Below the pieces are notes generated by a model. That model ran no database searches and was not told the DNA's origin. It saw only the letters and a program-made list of their open reading frames with translations. The translations under genes and the position numbers were made by a program. A stretch of 28,031 nt of DNA from contig CAZUNW010000006.1 of the NCBI GenBank assembly GCA_964621425.1, positions 1 to 28,031 on the forward strand, given 5' to 3'. Within the stretch, counting starts at the first letter, position 1, and every line of letters begins with the position of its first letter. Of the stretch, positions 17,801 to 25,500 are shown in pieces. This DNA is from an uncultured Chryseobacterium sp. (lineage in GTDB: Bacteria > Bacteroidota > Bacteroidia > Flavobacteriales_F > PHOS-HE28).

Positions 17801-17994
17801 AACTCCTGGTCTGCCAGCTGGCGCAGGTAGAGCAGCACACGGTCCTTCATCTCGGCCGCGGCCTTGTTGGTGAAGGTGAGCGCCAGGATGTTGCGGTAGG
17901 CCCGGTGATCCTGTTGCAGGGCGAGGAGCACGTACCGCTTGACCAGGGCATGGGTCTTGCCCGATCCTGCGGAGCTATGGAGCACCTGGAGCAT
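14893..17994 (-). CDS. addA: UvrD-like helicase with a C-terminal RecB-type nuclease, AddA/RexA-like subunit
   Basis: SAGSGKT, TFTNKAAAEMKDR, TTIDAF, LIDEFQDTS, VGDAKQAIYRWR, NHRS, MTIHKAKGLQF and LYVAFTR, with nuclease motifs RPDRV...LDIKTG...QQVRGY. Start set at ATG 17994, 1033 aa. Confidence 0.85.
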   Translation of the reverse strand: MLQVLHSSAGSGKTHALVKRYVLLALQQDHRAYRNILALTFTNKAAAEMKDRVLLYLRQLADQEFTDQRIADLLAALKDANGIGPEEATARAQAVLRDMLHHWSDLSITTIDAFVRRLVKPFTRDLKLDQDLRMSTDQKWYRQRAIELVLDAAGRDHALTDVLVKACERLVEDEARWQPTAPFEQLVGELDQEQAIRHLATLKQMDAAAMLRAEDRLNKAIRAFRKEVNDMGQHGLLALRNAGLEEGDLARKGAIFTLLKRMAAFPAEDIKLTPTTEDVAREGRWASTKASRSARVALDGLADMQRGAVEAVRRWTDDGSFRDHQLRIMFRKELMATGALCTLSDELEVAKREDGVTFFQDLTRAVERVVRDEPVPFLYERLGQRYRHFLIDEFQDTSVMQWHALLPLAENALSNGGSVFLVGDAKQAIYRWRNGEVRQFKELPAIHGRELLADGQRREQFLRSSWSPLAPLRDNHRSSATIVELNNRLFDQLRQLLPVRYQPVYDDQAQEARKPHGGLVHLEVAPKLDPAGATETWSIAWTVDRIQECIADGHRPGDIAVLVRSRDKGQQVALAITAAGFDVVSPDGLRLSSDAAVDLVLALLRLDMAPSRSTALQALAAGVDAGLIDQALLHPPADPHHGNAMERVRKCFPARPRASSTLLDRMLGHVHSCGLNPATDLFLNVLLDAVREHQQQHGHDPAGFLEHWERAYADRAVSIPAGKDAVKVMTIHKAKGLQFPVVILPSTNMGSDAQSVTRLWIDPSSIDPELRATLITYKGDKAPDVPEVREETELKALDRLDLLYVAFTRPEQRLYAVVPSSRADTLSDGIRAYIEAHEKGGSDRLVIGERQLVSSKEEASPKDAFLLPIAPGGGAELLVRTTAPDNGPVGPDERRRMGDTLHDLLARVQTVDDLDMALTAAVAKGELGPAEHAAWRPRLEALLNREDLRPWYGEGLQVITETPIINPGDRSARPDRVVRDANGWRVLDIKTGSPHDAHGQQVRGYMELLRNVTGAPVQGALLYLASGTLEPVA

Positions 17995-17999
17995 GGTGT

Positions 18000-18008
18000 C
18001 GAAAGGTA
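18000..18008 (-). promoter_or_regulatory. Putative -7 element of addA-elaA
   Basis: The minus strand reads TACCTTTCG, 5 nt before ATG 17994. Confidence 0.55.
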
Positions 18009-18069
18009 AGATCCCCCCACGGCTCGCCCGGACCCGCTCCAGCCGCGGCGGGAGGGGCGCGCACGGCAG

Positions 18070-18077
18070 TACCTTTG
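18070..18077 (+). promoter_or_regulatory. -7 element of the mbnP-peroxidase operon
   Basis: Perfect TAnnTTTG (TACCTTTG), 50 nt upstream of ATG 18128. Confidence 0.55.
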
Positions 18078-18127
18078 GATGAGAGGCAACGAACAACGCC
18101 CACGCGTCGGTCATTACCCTGCAACAC

Positions 18128-18883
18128 ATGCGCATGCGCCGGTCGATCCCCCTGATGCTCGTCATCCTTGTCGCACCGCTGTTCTCCGGCTGCCAGAAGC
18201 CCCCGGCAGGTGGCGGTCCGGAAGGTTTTGTCCGGTTGAAGGTCCAGGCCACATGGGAGGGGCAGCCCTTGCAGGCCGGCCAGGTGCACGTGAACGCGAG
18301 CGGCTATCGTGTGCAGGTGGAGCTACTGAAGCTGTACCTGGCTGAGGTGCGGTTGACCGGTCCGTCCGGTGCTGCCCCGCTTATGGACATCACGTTGCTG
18401 AACGCTTTCGGCACAGGTGGTGCCCCGGTCCTCCCGGTCGCTTCGGGCAGCTACATTGGCCTTCATTTCGGGCTCGGGGTCCCGCCTGAGCTCAACGCCT
18501 CGGATCCGGTGCTCTATCCGGTCGGTCATCCGCTCAGCGTAAGCAACGGTACCTACTGGACCTGGGCCACGGGCTACCGCTTCGTGATGTTCGATGGCCG
18601 GTATGACACGGATCCGGATGGAACGGGTGCTCCCCTGAGCCTGTTCTCCATCCACACCGGAATGGCCCCCTGTTACCAAGTGCGGGACATGGACCTGGCG
18701 ACCCCCTTTGTCGTGGAGCCCGGGGATACCACCGACCTGGTGCTGCAACTGGCCGTGGAGCGGTTCTTCACCAGTGCCACGGACACCATCGACCTGGCGG
18801 TGGACAACCAGTCACATGGGGAGAACATGCCGCTTGCCCTGAGGTTCACGGAGAACGTCCTCAACAGCATCACGTTGGAGTGA
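18128..18883 (+). CDS. MbnP-family lipoprotein (WxW motif, putative copper-binding)
   Basis: Lipobox LFSG|C, LKLYLAEVRL, GLHFGLGVPPELNASDP, YWTWATGYRF (WxW at 18557-18565), IHTG and SHG. Directly upstream of di-heme peroxidase-like genes, as in mbnP-mbnH pairs. Confidence 0.78.
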   Translation: MRMRRSIPLMLVILVAPLFSGCQKPPAGGGPEGFVRLKVQATWEGQPLQAGQVHVNASGYRVQVELLKLYLAEVRLTGPSGAAPLMDITLLNAFGTGGAPVLPVASGSYIGLHFGLGVPPELNASDPVLYPVGHPLSVSNGTYWTWATGYRFVMFDGRYDTDPDGTGAPLSLFSIHTGMAPCYQVRDMDLATPFVVEPGDTTDLVLQLAVERFFTSATDTIDLAVDNQSHGENMPLALRFTENVLNSITLE

Positions 18884-19890
18884 GGGGGACGGCGGTCATC
18901 GGTCTCCTTGTCTTCCTTGCCGCCTGCCGCAAGGATGCACCGCTGCGTTCGGAGGGTCCTGCCGAGCCCCTTGTGCTTGATCTTCCCGCGTGGGTGCCGA
19001 ACCCTCCGGTCCCGGAGGATAATCCGCTCACACGGCAGGGCGTAGAGCTCGGCCGGCGGCTCTTCTTTGAGCCCCGTCTCTCGCGCACCGGTGCGCTCAA
19101 TTGTGCCGGGTGCCATTTCGTGGACCGTGCGTTCAGCGACACGGTGTCATTGAGCCTGGGGGTGGACCAGCAGCCCGGGCTGCGCAATGCGCCGACCCTG
19201 GCCAATCTGGCCTATCACCCGTCCTTTTTTCGCGATGGTGGGGTTCCCTCCCTCGAACTGCAGGTGCTGGCGCCGATCCACGACGCGCTTGAAATGGACC
19301 ACAGCATCCTTGAGGCCGCCGACGCAATCGGGGAGGAGGAGCCCTATCGCAGCCTGAGCATGCAGGCCTACGGTCGCCCGCTTGACGCGTACGTGATCAC
19401 CCGGGCCATTGCCAGCTATGAGCGCACGCTGATCAGCGCCTGGTCGCGCTTCGACCGGTTCCTGTACCAAGGCGATACGGAGGCCCTCACTGCCAGTGAA
19501 CGTCGCGGGTGGGAGGTGTTCTCCGGTCCGGCGGCCCGCTGCAGCAGCTGCCATTCCGGCTTTGACCTGAGCGACCACAGTTTCCGGAACGTCGGCCAGT
19601 ACATGACCTATGCCGATGCCGGACGCGCGCGCATCACCCTGGACCCGGCCGATGAGGGGCGCTTCAAGGTGCCCACGTTGCGCAACATCGCGCTCACCGC
19701 CCCGTACATGCATGACGGTGCGCTGGCCACGCTGGATGAGGTGGTGGACCACTTCGCCTCCGGCGGGTACCCGCACCCCAACAAGGATCCCCTGATGACA
19801 CCGTTCACGCTTACCTTGGAGGAGCGCGCAGACCTGCTGGCCTTCCTGCGGGCGTTGACGGACGAGCAGGGACTTGAGCAAGCACCATGA
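18880..19890 (+). CDS. Di-heme cytochrome c peroxidase/MauG-family lipoprotein, atypical paralog
   Basis: Lipobox LAA|C. DNPLT..GVELGR.LFF..RLS, CAGCH (19102-19116), CSSCH (19540-19554) and FKVPTLRN...PYMHDG. The GTG overlaps the mbnP stop. Confidence 0.9.
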   Translation: MRGTAVIGLLVFLAACRKDAPLRSEGPAEPLVLDLPAWVPNPPVPEDNPLTRQGVELGRRLFFEPRLSRTGALNCAGCHFVDRAFSDTVSLSLGVDQQPGLRNAPTLANLAYHPSFFRDGGVPSLELQVLAPIHDALEMDHSILEAADAIGEEEPYRSLSMQAYGRPLDAYVITRAIASYERTLISAWSRFDRFLYQGDTEALTASERRGWEVFSGPAARCSSCHSGFDLSDHSFRNVGQYMTYADAGRARITLDPADEGRFKVPTLRNIALTAPYMHDGALATLDEVVDHFASGGYPHPNKDPLMTPFTLTLEERADLLAFLRALTDEQGLEQAP

Positions 19891-21014
19891 GCCCGCTCCA
19901 ACGCCGCACCATGCTCGTTTGCGCCGTGCTTGCCACGGCCATCGCTAGCTGCCGCAAGCCACGGCCCGATCCCCCGACCGGCGGAGGGCCGGCGGTGCCC
20001 GTTTATGACCCCACGCCCTATGACCTGCAGACACCGGCCAACTTCCCGCCGATGGTGATCCCGCAGGACAACCCCCTCACCGTGAAAGGGGTGGAACTGG
20101 GCCGATACCTCTTTTACGAGGAGCGCCTCAGCGGAGACAACACGCAAAGCTGCGCGGGATGCCACTCCCCCCAGGCCGCATTCAGCGATGCCCCGAACGT
20201 GTACAGTGTGGGGATCGACGGGCTGGAGGGTACGCGCAACGCCATGGCCCTGATGAACCTGGGCTGGGAGACGAGCTTCTTCTGGGATGGTCGTGCCGCC
20301 ACCCTGGAGGAGCAGATCCTCTTCCCGGTGGCGGACCCGGTGGAGATGCACGACTCCTGGCCGAACGCCGTGGCCGAGTTGCAGTCGGACGAAGCCTACC
20401 GGTCCCTGTTCATCGAGGCCTTTGATGCGGATCAGATCGACAGCACGCTGGTGGCGAAGGCCATCGCGCAGTTCCTGCGCACGATGATCAGTGCAAATGC
20501 GAAGGTGGACAAGGTGGCCCGGGGCGAGGCGGTCTTCACCTCGCAGGAACAGCGCGGGTTCATCCTCACCCAGCTGGAGGGCGGTGACCCTGCCGCCGGT
20601 CAGGGTGGCCAGTGGGGGGCGGACTGCTTCCACTGCCACACACAGGTGGGTGGCCTGTTCACCAATGGCCAGTTCGAGAACAACGGGCTGGATTCGGTCT
20701 TCACGGACCTGGGCCGTTTCAGTGTCACGGGCGACCCGCTGGACCGTGCCCGGTTCAAGGTGCCCACCTTGCGGAACGTGGCCCTCACCGGTCCATACAT
20801 GCACGATGGCCGCTTCCAGACGCTGGATCAGGTCATCGAGCACTACAACTCGGGTGGCGTCCCTTCGCCGACCATAAGCCCCTTCATGAAGTTCACCCAG
20901 GGAGGGTTGCAGCTGCCTGCCTCGGACAAGGCGGCCTTGATCGCGTTCCTGAACACCCTGACGGACCTCGATTTCATCAATGACCCGCGGTTCCAGGACC
21001 CGGGTGCGCCCTGA
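19887..21014 (+). CDS. Di-heme MauG/MbnH-like lipoprotein (His/Tyr-type)
   Basis: Lipobox IAS|C. CAGCH (20151-20165), FWDGRA.TLEEQ, CFHCH (20625-20639) and FKVPTLRN...PYMHDG...EHY. The ATG overlaps the preceding stop. Confidence 0.9.
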   Translation: MSPLQRRTMLVCAVLATAIASCRKPRPDPPTGGGPAVPVYDPTPYDLQTPANFPPMVIPQDNPLTVKGVELGRYLFYEERLSGDNTQSCAGCHSPQAAFSDAPNVYSVGIDGLEGTRNAMALMNLGWETSFFWDGRAATLEEQILFPVADPVEMHDSWPNAVAELQSDEAYRSLFIEAFDADQIDSTLVAKAIAQFLRTMISANAKVDKVARGEAVFTSQEQRGFILTQLEGGDPAAGQGGQWGADCFHCHTQVGGLFTNGQFENNGLDSVFTDLGRFSVTGDPLDRARFKVPTLRNVALTGPYMHDGRFQTLDQVIEHYNSGGVPSPTISPFMKFTQGGLQLPASDKAALIAFLNTLTDLDFINDPRFQDPGAP

Positions 21015-22496
21015 TCAGGCGGCTTGCTCCACGGCTGCTTCCGGCCTCCAGATGCGGCTGATCATGCGGTCGCCGAACACCTCGGGCTTGAACATGCTGG
21101 TACCCATGAGCATGCGGGCGCACTCCTGCACGCCCTCGGTGATGCTCGGGTGGGGGTGGACCAGCTCGGCCAGGTGCCGGATGCCCTGTCCCATGTGCAT
21201 GAGCAGTGCGACCGCCTGGATGGCGCTGGAGGCATGCTCGCCCACGGCACGCATGCCCAGGACCCGCATCTCCGCGTCATCCGTAACGATGAGCTTGAAG
21301 AAGCCCTCCGTGCGGCGCATGGCGATGGCCCGGGCCAGGCAGCTGTAATCGATGCGTGCCGTGCGGTGCGCGATGCCCCTGCGCCGGCATTCCTGCTCGT
21401 TCAGGCCCACACCGGCCACCTCCGGGTCGAGGAACATGATGGTGCTCACCTGTCCGTAGCTGATGGGCTCGGGATCCCGTCCCGCGATGAGCTCGGCGGC
21501 ATGCCGTCCCTCCAGTTCACCGAGGTTCACGAGCATGTTGCTTCCCGTGGCATCGCCCACGACCAGAATGTGCTCCTGCGCGGTGCGGATGCCGTCCACG
21601 GCGAGCGTGCCGAGGCGTGCGTCCAGTGCCAGTCCGGCCCTCTCAAGGCCCAGTCCCTGCAGGCTGGGCGTGCGTCCCACGGAAAGGAGGGCTTTTTCCA
21701 CGGTGACGCTCTCGGTGGAGCCGTCCGCGTAGCTCAACACGTAGTCCACCCCGGTGGCCGTGGCCTCCATCCGCTCCAGCTTGGCGGACCTGTGGATGAT
21801 GACGCCATTGCGTTCAAGGTTCCCGGCCACCAGTTCGCTCACGTCGGGGTCCTCGAAGGGCAGGATGCGTTCGGCCCGGTCGATGAGGTGCACGCGGGTG
21901 CGGCCAAGGTGGCTGAGGATCGTAGCGAACTCGCAACCGATGACCCCTGCACCGACGATGACGATGCTGTCAGGGAGCTCCTGTAGCTGGAAGATGCCGT
22001 CGCTGGTGAGGATCCGCTGTTCATCGGGCACCAGTCCGGGCAGCGAACGGGGTTTTGAGCCGGTGGCCACGATCACGTGGCCTGCACGTACCTCCCTGCG
22101 CTGGCCCTCAAATTCGATGGATATGGTATGTGGGTCCAGGAAGGATGCGTTGCCCCGTGCGTGCTGGAAGAGGCCTCCCTGGCCCTCCAGCAGGTGCATG
22201 TGGCATGCGTAGAGGTATTTGCGCTCGAAGACGGCCTCGTTCACCGTGCGCATGATGCCGGACCACGCGGGCTGGTAGGGGGGGATGCCGCGGGTGCGAA
22301 CCATGGCATTGGTGCCGGCCACACGCTGTGCGATCTCCCACAACGTCTTGGACATGAGCGCGCCGTTGTAAATGCCCGTGCCCCCGATGCGGTCGCGCTC
22401 CACAAGAAGGGTGCGCAGGCCCAGGTCGATGGCGCGCATGGCGGCCGCATAGCCCGCCGGTCCACCACCGATCACGCACAGGTCGACATGTTCCAT
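21015..22496 (-). CDS. Class I pyridine nucleotide-disulfide oxidoreductase-family flavoprotein without the redox disulfide (SthA/Lpd-like)
   Basis: FAD motif VIGGGPAG, ATGS.P, NAD motif GAGVIGCEFA, VGD and C-terminal HPSITE. The position of the CxxxxC motif reads GGTGIYNGALMSK. Start set at ATG 22496, 493 aa. Confidence 0.8.
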   Translation of the reverse strand: MEHVDLCVIGGGPAGYAAAMRAIDLGLRTLLVERDRIGGTGIYNGALMSKTLWEIAQRVAGTNAMVRTRGIPPYQPAWSGIMRTVNEAVFERKYLYACHMHLLEGQGGLFQHARGNASFLDPHTISIEFEGQRREVRAGHVIVATGSKPRSLPGLVPDEQRILTSDGIFQLQELPDSIVIVGAGVIGCEFATILSHLGRTRVHLIDRAERILPFEDPDVSELVAGNLERNGVIIHRSAKLERMEATATGVDYVLSYADGSTESVTVEKALLSVGRTPSLQGLGLERAGLALDARLGTLAVDGIRTAQEHILVVGDATGSNMLVNLGELEGRHAAELIAGRDPEPISYGQVSTIMFLDPEVAGVGLNEQECRRRGIAHRTARIDYSCLARAIAMRRTEGFFKLIVTDDAEMRVLGMRAVGEHASSAIQAVALLMHMGQGIRHLAELVHPHPSITEGVQECARMLMGTSMFKPEVFGDRMISRIWRPEAAVEQAA

Positions 22497-22556
22497 GGGG
22501 TTGTGGCCGGGATCGCTGGCGGTGTATACGGGGAACGTGCCCCGGGGGTTGCGTAT

Positions 22557-22589
22557 CCTTTTCCTGCGGCACCCCGTAGGAAGGGGCGC
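22557..22589 (+). other. Leader hairpin containing CCGTAGGAAGGGGCGC immediately before the PKD giant gene
   Basis: CCTTTTCCTGCGG (22557-22569)-CACC-CCGTAGGAAGGGG (22574-22586) forms a 13-bp stem with 3 G.U pairs and ends 4 nt before ATG 22591. Confidence 0.55.
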
Positions 22590-22590
22590 A

Positions 22591-25500
22591 ATGAACAGGA
22601 CCTTGTTGAACGTGGCCCGCACCGGCGGCCTGCTCGTGGTCCTATCCATGGCCGCCCAGGCGTCGGCGCAGTGCCCGATGCTCTACGACCACAACGGGGT
22701 GCCCAGTGCGGCCCCGGAGTGGATCAGCTGTTCTGGCCTGCCGCACACGCTGGTGATCGCCTCACCGCAGCCGGTGGCCGGTGGTTACACCATTGATTGG
22801 GGGGACGGTTCGCCCCAGTTCGTAGGTGCGGGGCTGGTCCCGCCCGCCACGGTGACCCACGTTTACGCTCCCGCAGTGGCCGAGCGCACGATCATATTCA
22901 CCCACCTGATGACCGGCTGCGTCGTGACCGGCAAACTGATCATGGAGCAGAGCACCAGCGCCTCGATCCAGATCCCGGTGGGCGGCCTCACCCAGGTGTG
23001 CGCGCCGCAGGCCATCGATTTCATCAACTCCAGCACAAACGTCTCCCCGAACACGGTTTTCACCTGGGCCTTCGGCGATGGCACGCCCCAATCGCTCTTC
23101 GATCATACCAACCTGGGCCAGGTGACCTCTCACCTGTACCTGCCTGGCACGGTGAGCTGCGAGACCACCGTGAGGCTCTTCGCCCAGAACCGTTGCAACG
23201 AGCTGCAGGGCGGTCCGAGCGTGGCCACCTTCAACCCCATCCGGGTGTGGGACATCGACAGTGCCCGCATCGCCCCGAGCGCCACGCTGCTGTGCTGGCC
23301 GGACCGCACGGTGACCTTCCAGAACATCACGGAGCGCAATTGCCTGCAGCAGGGCAACATCAACCAGCGCTTCGAGCTGTGGAACTTCGGCGATCATTGG
23401 GGCCTGGGGCACGACTCCATCATTGGATGGACGCCATGGCCACCCTCGTTCCCCCGCGTCATCGAATACCCGGGCATCGGCATCTATGACGTGATGCTGC
23501 TGGACAGCAGCTATTGTGGCGTGGACACGGCGCACGTGCAGATCAAGATCGTTCCCCCGCCCAGCGTGACCCTCACGGGCGGCCCCTTGACGGTGTGTGC
23601 CGGCGGCACGGTATCCTTCGATGAGAACACGGGCGGTGGGGCGAACTACTTCGAGTGGGACTTCGGCACGGGCGGAGGCTTCCATTGGACCGCTGCCGGG
23701 GATCAGTCGCACATGTTCGCCACGCCGGGCACCTATACCGTTTCCTATGCCGCCAGCATCCAGGGCGCCACGGCCGGCTGCGCGGACACCGCCTCGGTCA
23801 CCGTGGAGGTGCTTCCCAGTCCCACCGCCGGCTTCTCGGTCGACCGGTCCGCCGCCTGCGATTCGCTCACCGTCACCTTCACCAACACCTCGGTCAACGC
23901 GGTTGCCCAGCTCTGGGACCTGGGCGATGGCACGACGTCCACGGCGTTCGAACCGCCGCCTCACTTTTATGCCGGACCGGGCAGCTACATGGTGACACTG
24001 ACCGTGGCCAACGGCGATGGCTGCGAGGATGTCCATACGCAGCAGATCGATGTCTATGCACCGCCCGTGGTGCTGATCGGTGCCCAGAACGTGTGCGAGG
24101 GGGTGCTCGCGCAGTTCGCGGACCTGACGGTGACCGCGCCCGGCAATGAGGTGGTGCAGTGGGCGTGGGAACTGGGAGATGGCACCACGTCGGCGGATGC
24201 CGCGCCCGCGCACCTGTACGCGGCGAATGGTGGCTACACCGTGACGCTCACCGTCACCACGCCCTACTGTTCCGGCAACGGTTCGCAGAACGTTCTCGTG
24301 GAACCGGTCCCCACGGCATCCTTCCTGCCGGTGCCCACCATCGGCTGTTCCCCGCTTGGTGTGCAGTTCACCAGTACGAGCATCGGCGCTGTGGACCATG
24401 CCTGGTCCTTCGGCGATGGGGCTTCGGGCACGGGCACCACGCCGTTCCACACGTATGTGAACCACGGTGCGGTCGATGCCGTTCATACGGCCACCCTGGT
24501 GGTGAGCACCCTTTTCGGCTGCACCGATACCGCCACGGCCTCGATCACCGTGGCCCCCCCCGTGGTGGCCTCATTCGTGCATGATGGCCAGCCGGCCTGT
24601 GCGCCACTGGCGGTGCAATTCGCGAACACCAGCACCGGGGCGGGTTCCTATTCCTGGTCCTTCGGTGATGGGGGCTCCAGCAGCGCGGCCTCACCCGCGC
24701 ATCAGTACGCGAACAACGGGCTCTTCCTCCAGACCAATACGGTGCAGCTCGTTGCCACATCTTCCGCCGGCTGCGCGGATACGGCCACTGCCACCATCTC
24801 CGTGTATCCCACCCCGCAGTTCGCTTTCAGCCCACAACCCGCTGCCGGTTGCTCACCCCTGTCGGTGGCCTTCCCGGCCATCATGGGGGCGGTGAGCCTG
24901 GCGTGGGACTTCGGTGACGGGTCCACCTCCAACAGCCCCGCCCCCGCTCACACCTACGTGAACACCGGCATCGCCCCCGTCACCCACCCGGTGACCCTGG
25001 TGGGCATGAACGCCTTTGGCTGCGTGGATACGACCTACGGCGCCGTGACGGTCAACCCCACCCCCGAGGCCTCCTTCAGCCTGGCAGCGGGGTCGGGCTG
25101 CCATCCCTTCACCACGAGCCTGACGAACTCCAGCACGGGTGCAACCACCCACGCATGGATCTATGGCGATGGCGCGGCCTCCAACACGAACGCCCCGGTG
25201 CACGCGCACACTTGGATGAACCCCTTCGCTGTTCCGCAGACCTACGATGTGGGACTTGTGGCCAGCAATGCATACGGTTGCAGCTCCACCGCCAGTGCCG
25301 AGGTGGAGGTTTTCCCCGCCGTGATCGCCCAGTTCCTTGCCGATACGGTCGGTTGTTCCCCGTTCGATGCACAGTTGACCGACATCTCCACCGGCGCGTC
25401 CAACCACCTGTGGCTTTTCGGCGATGGAGGTGCCAGTGCGCTGGCGAGTCCTGCACACACTTACGTGAACCAGGGGGTCGATGACGTCGTCTTCAACCCC

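Noticed and set aside
14995-18009. Plus-strand ORFs of 389 aa and 558 aa opposite addA
   Set aside because: Shadow frames of a helicase gene that has all its motifs intact on the minus strand.
18050-18060. GGGAGGGGCGC, a partial third copy of the T9SS leader motif (also CCGGAGGG at 12292-12299)
   Set aside because: It lacks the distinctive CCGTAG half. Matches this short and G-rich are expected by chance at this GC content.
21009-21020. Functional link between the Cys-less flavoprotein and the peroxidase operon (stops abut as TGATCA)
   Set aside because: The genes are convergent, and the flavoprotein is cytoplasmic while the operon encodes exported lipoproteins. Adjacency alone gives no support.
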